From Oligoflexales bacterium (GTDB lineage: Bacteria > Bdellovibrionota_B > Oligoflexia > Oligoflexales > RGVZ01): a stretch of DNA of 10,527 nt. The stretch lies in NCBI GenBank assembly GCA_044236265.1, contig JBIIGV010000098.1, positions 1-10,527 on the forward strand, read 5' to 3'. The position numbers were made by a program, and so were the translations under genes. Shown here in pieces: positions 1-7,553 of this stretch. The notes beneath the pieces were generated by a model. It saw only the letters and a program-made list of their open reading frames with translations, was not told the DNA's origin and did not search any database. Position 1 is the first letter of the stretch; each line of letters begins with the position of its first letter.

Positions 1-177
1 AATGAGACTCCTGCAACACCTCCATCTCCACCGCGGAAGAAACCAACACTGCACAGTTCGTCGCAGCGTCAAGGCGCAACCGCTAAAAACCATGAGCCGC
101 GTGTTCCTGGAAGTAACATTATTCCGTTCCCAACCTTCGACGCCCCAAACCACGACCCTTCTCGTCCGGAAAAATAA
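1..177 (+). CDS. 3' end of an upstream CDS (partial); Pro-rich, probably disordered tail
   Basis: Frame +1 is open from base 1 to TAA at 175-177 ([15 protein letters not shown]...[21 protein letters not shown]). It stops 5 nt before the aldolase ATG, which is operon-like spacing. It is absent from the ORF track, which lists the +2 frame instead. Confidence 0.6.
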   Translation, partial: NETPATPPSPPRKKPTLHSSSQRQGATAKNHEPRVPGSNIIPFPTFDAPNHDPSRPEK

Positions 178-182
178 TTGTC

Positions 183-1217
183 ATGCTGAAAACCATAGAT
201 CTACGCTCTGACACGGTCACGAAACCGACGCCAGAGATGCTCGCTTACATGCTTAAAGCCGAAGTTGGCGACGACGTTTATGCTGAAGATCCCACCGTCA
301 ATCGCTTGGAAGAACGCGTTGCCGAGCTGTTAGGGAAAGAGGCTGGTCTATTCACACCCTCTGGAACTATGGCTAATCAGATCGCCATCAACTTGCAAAC
401 TCGCCACGGAGACTCGGTGCTAGCCGAAGAAGACAGCCACGTTTTTTTATATGAAGCAGGAGCTGCGGCAGCGCAAAGTGGCGTTCAGTTTGACCTCATA
501 CCTTTTGCCGACTCGCTATCTGATGCCTCCATTGATGAGCATGTAAAACCTGAATGGATGCACTATGCGTCAACCAAGCTCCTCGTTATTGAAAACTCCC
601 ATAACCGAGGCTCCGGAAAAGTTATTGCACCTAAAGATCTACAGCGGATTCAACACAGAGCACGCCATCATCATCTTCTTCTGCACTGCGACGGCGCAAG
701 GCTTTGGAATGCCGCCGTGGCGCTTGGTTGCGATATCAGGGAACTTACAACCGGATTTGACACAGTCTCAGTTTGTTTTAGCAAAGGATTAGGCGCGCCG
801 GTTGGCAGCATGCTAATTGGAGGTAGAGATCTTATTCAGCGCGCTCGCAAGATCAGAAAACGCTGGGGGGGCGGTATGCGGCAGGTCGGCTATCTAGCCG
901 CCGGGGCCGAGTACGCTTTGGTCCATAATCGAGTGCGACTAGCCGAGGATCATCATCGCATTAAAATGCTGTTTGATGGCATCAAGGAGCTTGAAGAATC
1001 TGGTTACCCAGTCTCCACAGATCTGCCTCAAATTTGGACAAATATCTTATATTTCAGGGTTTCTGATGGTGAAAAAACCGCGGAAGCCCTTAAATCGGAA
1101 GGAATTTTGGTCAATCACCTTGGCCATGGCAAGCTACGGGTCGTCACTCACCTCCACATTGACGACCGAGACATCGGCACAACTCTCATCGCCCTGCGCC
1201 GCGCATTGAAGTCCTGA
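183..1217 (+). CDS. ltaE: Low-specificity L-threonine aldolase (PLP-dependent, beta-eliminating lyase family)
   Basis: Family motifs [37 protein letters not shown], the PLP-lysine motif [10 protein letters not shown], and GGGMRQ. Confidence 0.95.
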   Translation: MLKTIDLRSDTVTKPTPEMLAYMLKAEVGDDVYAEDPTVNRLEERVAELLGKEAGLFTPSGTMANQIAINLQTRHGDSVLAEEDSHVFLYEAGAAAAQSGVQFDLIPFADSLSDASIDEHVKPEWMHYASTKLLVIENSHNRGSGKVIAPKDLQRIQHRARHHHLLLHCDGARLWNAAVALGCDIRELTTGFDTVSVCFSKGLGAPVGSMLIGGRDLIQRARKIRKRWGGGMRQVGYLAAGAEYALVHNRVRLAEDHHRIKMLFDGIKELEESGYPVSTDLPQIWTNILYFRVSDGEKTAEALKSEGILVNHLGHGKLRVVTHLHIDDRDIGTTLIALRRALKS

Positions 1218-1239
1218 ACCATCCATAAGCCCCTAACTA

Positions 1240-1268
1240 TTGTCATTATTTGCTATTTTGACTATAAA
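1240..1268 (+). promoter_or_regulatory. Putative sigma70 promoter of gap
   Basis: TTGTCA (1240-1245), 17-nt spacer, TATAAA (1263-1268). SD-like GGAG at 1296-1299 precedes ATG 1309. Confidence 0.55.
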
Positions 1269-1308
1269 CGGGGTCCGTATTGTTGCCCAACATTTGGAGT
1301 TGTCTAAC

Positions 1309-2313
1309 ATGGCTATTCGCATCGGTATTAACGGTTTTGGTCGCATTGGTCGTTCTGTATTTCGTGCCGCTCTTGATCCGCGCAATAGAGACATTGAGAT
1401 CGTCCACATCAATGACCTTACTGATACCAAAACGTTGGCCCACTTGTTGAAGTATGACTCTGTTCACGGCGTACTGAATGCCGACGTCACTCATGACGAA
1501 ACAAGCCTGACTGTTAACGGCAAAAAAATCACCGTATCGAAAATCAAAGCCGTTCCAGAACTTCCTTGGAAAGATAAAAATATCGACATTGTGTTTGAGT
1601 GTACCGGTATCTTCACAAAAAAAGCGGATGCCGAAGGACACACAAAAGCTGGAGCCCGAGCTGTGCTGATTTCTGCCCCGGCAACAGATGAAGACATCAC
1701 GGTGGTATACGGCGTCAATCACACCAAACTAGACCCGAAAGTCCATAAAATTGTGTCCAATGCTAGCTGCACGACAAACTGCCTTGCGCCGTTCACAAAG
1801 GTTATTCACGAAGCTCTGGGCGTCAAACGTGGCCTGATGACCACCGTCCACAGCTACACCAACGACCAAAACACTCTTGACCTGCCCCACAAGGATTTGC
1901 GCCGCGCAAGAGCAGCTGCACTCTCCATGATTCCGACATCCACAGGAGCCGCTAAAGCCATTGGCTTGGTCATTCCAGAACTTAAAGGCAAGCTGGACGG
2001 TCTGGCCGTGCGCGTTCCGACACCAAACGTCTCGTTGGTCGACGTAACCTTTGAGGTTTCAAAAGCAACGACCAAAGAAGACGTCAATAAGCTACTCAAG
2101 GATGCTGCTAATGGCCCGCTCAAAGGCGTACTGGGTTACACCGACTTACCTTTGGTATCCGTTGACTTCAATGGCGACAACCACTCTAGCTTCATTGACG
2201 GTGACTCCACCAAAGTCATGGACGGAAACATGGTTAAAATTCTTTCCTGGTACGATAACGAGACAGGCTTTAGCTGGCGCATGCTGGACATTGCCCGTTT
2301 AATGGCAAAGTAA
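1309..2313 (+). CDS. gap: Type I glyceraldehyde-3-phosphate dehydrogenase, probably NAD-specific
   Basis: GINGFGRIGR, INDL, catalytic SNASCTTNCLAP, DLPHKDLRRARAA (Leu-Pro pair typical of NAD enzymes) and WYDNE. Start reassigned from 1240 to ATG 1309 (MAIRIGINGFG) with GGAG upstream. Confidence 0.97.
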   Translation: MAIRIGINGFGRIGRSVFRAALDPRNRDIEIVHINDLTDTKTLAHLLKYDSVHGVLNADVTHDETSLTVNGKKITVSKIKAVPELPWKDKNIDIVFECTGIFTKKADAEGHTKAGARAVLISAPATDEDITVVYGVNHTKLDPKVHKIVSNASCTTNCLAPFTKVIHEALGVKRGLMTTVHSYTNDQNTLDLPHKDLRRARAAALSMIPTSTGAAKAIGLVIPELKGKLDGLAVRVPTPNVSLVDVTFEVSKATTKEDVNKLLKDAANGPLKGVLGYTDLPLVSVDFNGDNHSSFIDGDSTKVMDGNMVKILSWYDNETGFSWRMLDIARLMAK

Positions 2314-2383
2314 TTTTAAAGAGTTTTGGATCAGCATCAGGGAGCAGCCAGCTGATCCCTCAAAATAAAAAGGAAGTACTGAC

Positions 2384-2785
2384 ATGGCAAAAGACAAATC
2401 AATCACGCTTACGCGAAAAGAAGTGATGGAATGGCTGGCGGAAGGCGCCAAGGACTTCAAGGATACTGACATCCGCAAAGCCAATCTTATGAAGATTGAT
2501 TTCACCGGCTGCGACCTGAGCGGTGCCAACCTTAGCTACAGCAATCTCAAAGATGCAAACTTTACGAATGCCGTGTTAAATGGTGCGTCTTTATGGAATG
2601 CCAATCTCGAGGGCGCTAACTTTACGAATGCTAGCCTTGAAGATGCGGATCTTGACTACGCAAAACTTCGTGGAGCCATTCTCTTCAAAGCAAATTTGCG
2701 TCGTGCACACCTGCCAACTGAGCTAATCCCTCGCGATGACATCATGGCATCCGTGGAGACCGGTTGTAAGGTTGGCCAGCACTAA
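2384..2785 (+). CDS. Pentapeptide repeat protein
   Basis: About 15 tandem A(D/N)Lxx-type units (ANLMK IDFTG CDLSG ANLSY SNLKD ANFTN...). AACTTTACGAATGC recurs at 2558 and 2618, one 20-residue coil apart. AAGGA upstream. Confidence 0.9.
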   Translation: MAKDKSITLTRKEVMEWLAEGAKDFKDTDIRKANLMKIDFTGCDLSGANLSYSNLKDANFTNAVLNGASLWNANLEGANFTNASLEDADLDYAKLRGAILFKANLRRAHLPTELIPRDDIMASVETGCKVGQH

Positions 2786-2792
2786 TTCCTCC

Positions 2793-2836
2793 GGAGGTTT
2801 GACATTTAAGTTGTCAAACCTCCTTGCTTTTGTTTT
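2793..2836 (+). terminator. Probable intrinsic terminator after the pentapeptide gene
   Basis: Perfect 12-bp stem GGAGGTTTGACA (2793-2804) / TGTCAAACCTCC (2812-2823), 7-nt loop, followed by TTGCTTTTGTTTT. Confidence 0.6.
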
Positions 2837-2850
2837 ACTTCCTGTTCCTT

Positions 2851-2925
2851 GGCGCTGTGGCGGAGTGGCTACGCAAACGATTGCAAATCGTTTTCACACC
2901 GGTTCGAATCCGGTCGGCGCCTCCA
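2851..2925 (+). tRNA. tRNA-Cys (GCA)
   Basis: Acceptor GGCGCTG/CGGCGCC, anticodon arm AACGA-TTGCAAA-TCGTT (GCA at 2883-2885), T arm ACCGG-TTCGAAT-CCGGT, discriminator U and encoded CCA. Confidence 0.97.
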
Positions 2926-3109
2926 TTTTTTTAGACTAGTAAAACTAATTTTACTCTTCCCATTCGCGGGAGTCATGTCTGTCGTCAATTCAAAAAGCTC
3001 TAACTAATCAAAACACCTCCGATTCAGTCACTTAATAGTTAACTTAATCCTTGGTATCTCCTTTTCTGAGGAAGCTCAGAGCTCCCAATTGTTTATAAAG
3101 AGCATTTTA

Positions 3110-4528
3110 TTATGGTTGGGTGTTGTCTTCTTCGCCCCGAATGATGACGGATGCGTCATATTGCTCTCCCTGTAGCTTTTGAATACCTTTCAAAATCGAG
3201 ATGTACGAGGCTTTAGATTCCACTAAATTTTTAATAAACATGAGATTTGTCTGTCCGAAAAGATGAAAGTAAGTCGCATTTAGATTTGCCACAAGATCAA
3301 GATCCTTCGGGATGAGACTTCCTGAATGTTCTGCTTTGAAGATCTGTCTGCCGATGTAAGCAAACGAACTACATCCATTCGCAAAAAACACGAGATGCTG
3401 ATTGGTTGCAGGCGAAATAGAGCTCTCAAATGATTCTATATTCATGCCATAGCCTGAGTGTCCATTGTAGCTCACAAAATCTGAAGTCTGAGCTGCAGCC
3501 CTGATCTCGTCCGCTGCTTTCGAGTTTTCCTGTAACCAGCTACCATCGCGCACTTTGACCCTTGCTACCAGTAAACGATTACCTGGAAGTTGGAATGTGG
3601 CTTCTCGATCGTAAGCCTCGATATGGCTCCCGGTTGTGTTGGGAGCCATTAGATCCCCTTCAATCGGTTTACCGTATGATGCAGTTAACCCCCTGGAAAA
3701 TACATTTGCCGCCTCGACACCAGGATCATATTTATTTAGGCTTTCCGCAGGTGTGAAAAACAGAGTCGCGACCAAGCGGTTGTCATTCCAAATTTTCTTA
3801 TACTCGGGGAATTTTTCCTGTTTTGGATTCTCAGGACTCTTTACCATTACAAACTCGACTCGTTGCAAAGTACCATCAGTTGTGATCCTCTTGTCGCAGC
3901 CGTTCTGTTCAAGATTAAAATAGTAGAAAGCAACCTGTTCATAATCGGCTTGATGCTCTTGACGTGCGTGATCAAATTCATTTGAAAAGCATTTAGGGTT
4001 GCTATCGATAAAGCTTCTCACAGATGCTTTATCCATTTTTACTGGTAGCCAGAAGGTCTTTTTAAGTTCCGCCCGGTCTTCTTTGGCAAATAGTGTGATT
4101 GTTGCGTCGTAGGTAGCCTCAAATGAAAGCTTTTCTCCCATTTTGTGGGATGTAAGATTGAAATGGCCGATGCTTAGAGATCCTTCACCGGTTTGACGCA
4201 ATGCTCCGATGGTAAAATAAAGCTGCATCATGCCTTTGATCTTTATAAGGCCATGTCCAGCTGGGCCGCTAAGAAACTGATTCGCAATGGCTGGCTCAAT
4301 TTCGCCTAAGAGGTCAGATAAATTATCTTGAATCTGAATTCCGTTTAAATTTGCCGTGTAGGCTATTCCTTTGGTGGACGTCAGTTTTAAATCAGCACGT
4401 GACGCTGGCTTGGAGCCGCATCCAGAGCTGGCAAGTGCGATGATCGAAAAAAATGTCAGCAACTTGGTTAGTGTTGACCGTTTGCCTGACTCGGGGTTGT
4501 GGTGCTTTGGATGTGGTGTGCGGCTCAC
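3110..4528 (-). CDS. Hypothetical lipoprotein with a C-terminal putative clan CD (caspase/gingipain-like) peptidase motif pair
   Basis: 472-aa ORF. GTG start with GAGGAG 6 nt upstream. Basic N-region, hydrophobic stretch and LASSGC (C37). Motifs FVSYNGHSG (H357) and VFFANGCSS (C386). Confidence 0.75.
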   Translation of the reverse strand: MSRTPHPKHHNPESGKRSTLTKLLTFFSIIALASSGCGSKPASRADLKLTSTKGIAYTANLNGIQIQDNLSDLLGEIEPAIANQFLSGPAGHGLIKIKGMMQLYFTIGALRQTGEGSLSIGHFNLTSHKMGEKLSFEATYDATITLFAKEDRAELKKTFWLPVKMDKASVRSFIDSNPKCFSNEFDHARQEHQADYEQVAFYYFNLEQNGCDKRITTDGTLQRVEFVMVKSPENPKQEKFPEYKKIWNDNRLVATLFFTPAESLNKYDPGVEAANVFSRGLTASYGKPIEGDLMAPNTTGSHIEAYDREATFQLPGNRLLVARVKVRDGSWLQENSKAADEIRAAAQTSDFVSYNGHSGYGMNIESFESSISPATNQHLVFFANGCSSFAYIGRQIFKAEHSGSLIPKDLDLVANLNATYFHLFGQTNLMFIKNLVESKASYISILKGIQKLQGEQYDASVIIRGEEDNTQP

Positions 4529-4874
4529 GTGTTACTCCTCCAAAAGATAATACGGAGTGATGAGCAAGGACTATACCAAGCATAAGCCGCGATTATGAGT
4601 CACATGAAAATCAAATAATTACAGCATCTTAAATCTTAAAAAACTGGGATGTCACAAGCTCGCGGGGGTGTACGCTTTTTGGTCAATTCGTCTTATGGGA
4701 GTGCCTTTAAACCTGGTTTACTTGTTGACGTGATCTTTATTTTTATAGCTTGTCATTAAGCCCGCTTACGGGATTATTCAAGTGGACGTCATATCCTTGG
4801 CCAGAGGGTTGCAAAGGAATGCAAGCCCGACGTCCGCCCCTAGGGTGTCTGGTTAGTCGTTGAAAGGATGACCT

Positions 4875-6125
4875 ATGAAATTGACGCGGAATCTGTTGAG
4901 TAGCGTGTCAGGTGTAGCGCTGGCATTAACTGTTTTGTCTTGCAGTTCAAAATCGAATTCGAAATCTCCTCGCGAGGACTTTAATGAGATTTTTAGAAAA
5001 TATGTTGTGCCAAATGACTATTTCAAATTAAAGCTCGCGGAGTCCCGCGATGAGAATGGTGCGTTGGTTCAAAAAGAGTCCTTCACATACGCCCCGACCG
5101 GTGATGAGGATGTTAGCGAAGAATTTTATTCCTCAGGGAAAATCAAATCTCGGCAAATCAGTAAAACTGTAAACAGCGACCAGTGCAAACAAACCCTGCA
5201 GGAGACCTATATCAGGAAATCGGAATATTTTACTGATACCGGTGACCTTACTAAAAAGGACTACACGCGAAAAGAGTCAAAATGTAATGCTGATAACTTG
5301 GAAATCGAAGTTAGGTCCTATAAAGCCACAATGGACACGCCAGAATATGAAGAAAATGTTTCTTATTCCAGCTATGACGGAAAAAGAAGAACTAAAAGGG
5401 TGACGAATTACAAAGATGAGGGCGGTAAAGAAGTCCGAGTTCTCGAAGAGATTTATTCTGAGGACGACTCGTGGACCTCTACGAGGCTAGAGGGCGGAAA
5501 GCCCGTTAGAATCGAGAGTTACGATGCAAAAACCGGCATCGAAAAGACGTTGGAAGTTGATTCAAGTGATGGCGGCAAGGTCTCAAAGCAAACAAGAATG
5601 GGAAAGCGCCTTTCTAATCCTTACCGTGCAGTGATACCAGGGCAATACGTGGAAAGTGTTTTCTTGTCATACAATCAAGAACACTCCGAAACCTGCGCGC
5701 CCACAAGTTCAGGTCTTCGATGTGTAGATTCGATACGAAACAGTGACTCCAAAAAGTTACTTTATCAAAAAGAGGAGAATCTAATTCCTCGTTATATTCC
5801 TGTGGTGAATGATGTTTTTAATGGCGTTTGGAAAGAATATTTACAACCCCATGTCCAAGCAAGCAAGATTCTATTCCAATATTTGCCCACTGAAAGTGTT
5901 GAAAATTTTTACTATGCAGACGGCAAGGCTTGGCGAAGTGCGACTGAAAAGGCTACTTATAACGATTTTGGACAACTCGTTCGTCGAGAACGATTGACGG
6001 ACGATGGTAACGGTAACAAGTCGAGTGAGATTGAGGAAAATACGTACGACATGGATGGAGCAAGGATTTTACAAAAAGTCCTGACCAAAGACGGTAAAAA
6101 AGTCACGACTAGTTACACCTACTAA
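4875..6125 (+). CDS. Hypothetical lipoprotein, beta-hairpin rich with YD/RHS-like segments
   Basis: 416-aa ORF, AAGGA SD, signal peptide ending VLSC (C23). Repeated Tyr-turn-Gly segments such as FYSSGK, YFTDTGD, YKDEGGK, TYNDFGQ and TYDMDGA. Confidence 0.75.
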   Translation: MKLTRNLLSSVSGVALALTVLSCSSKSNSKSPREDFNEIFRKYVVPNDYFKLKLAESRDENGALVQKESFTYAPTGDEDVSEEFYSSGKIKSRQISKTVNSDQCKQTLQETYIRKSEYFTDTGDLTKKDYTRKESKCNADNLEIEVRSYKATMDTPEYEENVSYSSYDGKRRTKRVTNYKDEGGKEVRVLEEIYSEDDSWTSTRLEGGKPVRIESYDAKTGIEKTLEVDSSDGGKVSKQTRMGKRLSNPYRAVIPGQYVESVFLSYNQEHSETCAPTSSGLRCVDSIRNSDSKKLLYQKEENLIPRYIPVVNDVFNGVWKEYLQPHVQASKILFQYLPTESVENFYYADGKAWRSATEKATYNDFGQLVRRERLTDDGNGNKSSEIEENTYDMDGARILQKVLTKDGKKVTTSYTY

Positions 6126-6135
6126 AACACCCTTT

Positions 6136-6173
6136 AAAACCCTGGAATAGGCCAAAAAGCTGGTTTCCAGGGT
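6136..6173 (-). terminator. Hairpin with a short U-tract on the minus strand; may act bidirectionally
   Basis: ACCCTGGAA (6139-6147) / TTCCAGGGT (6165-6173) with inner GCCA/TGGT pairing. Plus-strand AAAA (6136-6139) reads GGGTTTT on the minus strand; no U-run follows on plus. Confidence 0.45.
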
Positions 6174-6223
6174 CAACTATTGGGCGCTAGGCAAAATGAT
6201 ATTTAACACCGGTATCTTCCTGA

Positions 6224-6306
6224 CATCTTGTCTACTCATTTAACCCGACAAGATGTCATTCTAGTTAACCGGCCCACGTCTACGCACCGAGAATATTTAA
6301 CTTACC
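6224..6306 (+). repeat. Left arm of an 83-bp imperfect inverted repeat
   Basis: Ungapped 65/83 match (hand count) to the reverse complement of 6586-6668. Exact blocks ACTCATTTAACCC (6234-6246) and ACGTCTACGCAC (6276-6287). Confidence 0.9.
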
Positions 6307-6585
6307 ACTCCATTTCAGCTCATAAACCTAGCTCTTGTTGGTAGCAAACAGCCATTCGGCCGCAATCCCCAATAACCGAAGCTCTGAGCACCTTCATTTA
6401 CACATCATATACCTAATCAAGCTCGCCGATGGATTGACGCCTCTGTGGCGGACCCTTTGAAACAATACCCACCTTTGCGACGGTAAGCCTTGGGCGCCAT
6501 AGCACGAATTGGCATCGGCACATTGCTGTCAATATCCTCAAGCACACTAGCTTCACATGATGCATCGACTTAGCCCTTCTTTGGA

Positions 6586-6668
6586 GGTCAGTTAGATATT
6601 TTTCGTGCGTAGACGTAGGCCGGTGGAGTAGAATGCTCTTTGGTAGGGTTAAATGAGTCAACACGATG
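6586..6668 (-). repeat. Right arm of the 83-bp imperfect inverted repeat
   Basis: GTGCGTAGACGT (6605-6616) and GGGTTAAATGAGT (6646-6658) mirror the left arm. Overlaps ATG 6653. Confidence 0.9.
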
Positions 6669-7342
6669 CCCGGATAACGAGGTCTAATTTTATGAGTTTT
6701 GCTCGATTGAGAGGATTTTTTTTAATCATCATCTTGGTCGGAATGCAATCTCCTTTCCTGCTCGCCGACACGTTGTTTGCAAGTGATAAAAGTGCGTCAG
6801 ACGAGTCCTCAGATACAGAGGGTAAATTACCCGCTAAGGTTTCGGAAATTAGTTTGCCTAGATTTTTGCTTGGTGGAGCGATTGGGACCACTTTTGGCTT
6901 TGGAGCAGGCCATGGGATCCAACATCGATATTTAAAAAAAGGCTGGTTATTTTCTGCGGGGGAAGGAGCGGGCATTGGCCTAATTCTTCATTGCCTAAAT
7001 AACCTACCTAAAAGTGGAGAGGACAATTCGGATGGCGATTGGGATGATGACGATTGGGATGATTTTCAAGCGAAGAAGCGGCCATTCCCAGTAAAGTTAG
7101 ATCTATTTCGTACATGCGCTGATTCAATTCGATCAAAAAATGATGGCTCAGCTTTTTGCCTTCTCGGCGCAGGACTTTTTTTGGGGTTTAAGGTGTGGGA
7201 AATTATTGATGTATGGAGCATAGACGGTGAGCTTAAGATCGCTGGAGAAACTCCAAACCAGAATTTTTTTAGGGTTGGCTTTGTTCCATCGGTTCTTAAT
7301 TCGAGATTTTATCCGGGATTAGGTATGGAATATGATTTTTAA
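6653..7342 (+). CDS. Hypothetical exported/membrane protein (start may be 6692)
   Basis: Signal-like MSFARLRGFFLIIILVG...LLA, Gly-rich hydrophobic segments (GGAIGTTFGFGAGHGIQ; LLGAGLFLGFKVWEIIDVW), C-terminal LGMEYDF. GAGG at 6679-6682 favours ATG 6692. Confidence 0.75.
   Translation: MSQHDARITRSNFMSFARLRGFFLIIILVGMQSPFLLADTLFASDKSASDESSDTEGKLPAKVSEISLPRFLLGGAIGTTFGFGAGHGIQHRYLKKGWLFSAGEGAGIGLILHCLNNLPKSGEDNSDGDWDDDDWDDFQAKKRPFPVKLDLFRTCADSIRSKNDGSAFCLLGAGLFLGFKVWEIIDVWSIDGELKIAGETPNQNFFRVGFVPSVLNSRFYPGLGMEYDF
7036..7063 (+). repeat. In-frame 13-nt direct repeat with period 15, encoding DWDDDDWDD
   Basis: CGATTGGGATGAT at 7036-7048 and 7051-7063. Confidence 0.8.
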
Positions 7343-7529
7343 AGAGACTAAAAAGAATCTCATCATTCTCTTGCCCATGTGATAATCCATTGCATTGTTG
7401 CGGCGCTAGGTCAAATAATTACACTATCAGCGCCTTCCGGAGATACTGTCCGCACAATGACACAGTTGGACCCCAGATCGGACAGGAATAATTAGCCTCC
7501 TCGGTTTGCAAATAATAGGATCTTCACAT

Positions 7530-7553
7530 TTGGTCTGTTGACCAGTTTTTTTT
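7530..7553 (+). terminator. Probable intrinsic terminator
   Basis: TGGTC-tgtt-GACCA (7531-7544) followed by G and a run of 8 T (7546-7553). Confidence 0.55.

Noticed and set aside
2..211. 69-aa +2 frame ORF and the other short ORFs nested in or antisense to the main genes
   Set aside because: They overlap well-supported genes in alternative frames and show no independent signals.
1240..1308. 23-aa N-terminal extension of GAPDH in the ORF track
   Set aside because: It covers the promoter and SD; family homology starts at M1309.
2384..2785. Qnr/MfpA quinolone-resistance call for the pentapeptide protein
   Set aside because: At 133 aa it is shorter than those proteins, and pentapeptide repeats alone do not indicate gyrase protection.
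2736..2939. 67-aa ORF
   Set aside because: It runs through the hairpin and tRNA-Cys, so it is a shadow ORF.
6263..6305. Xer dif/cer-like site: minus-strand GGTGCGTAGAC and GTAAGTTAAAT resemble XerC and XerD arms
   Set aside because: The arms are in the wrong order, and neither has a proper partner across a 6-8 bp spacer.
6201..6654. Integron attC/attI: ATTTAAC (RYYYAAC) at 6201, 6238 and 6295; GTTAGAT/GTTAAAT (GTTRRRY) at 6591 and 6648
   Set aside because: No R''-L''-L'-R' geometry at attC spacing, neighbouring genes lack such sites after their stops, and there is no integrase in the window.
6413..6664. 83-aa minus-strand ORF
   Set aside because: No recognisable motif or SD; it starts inside the repeat arm and overlaps ATG 6653.
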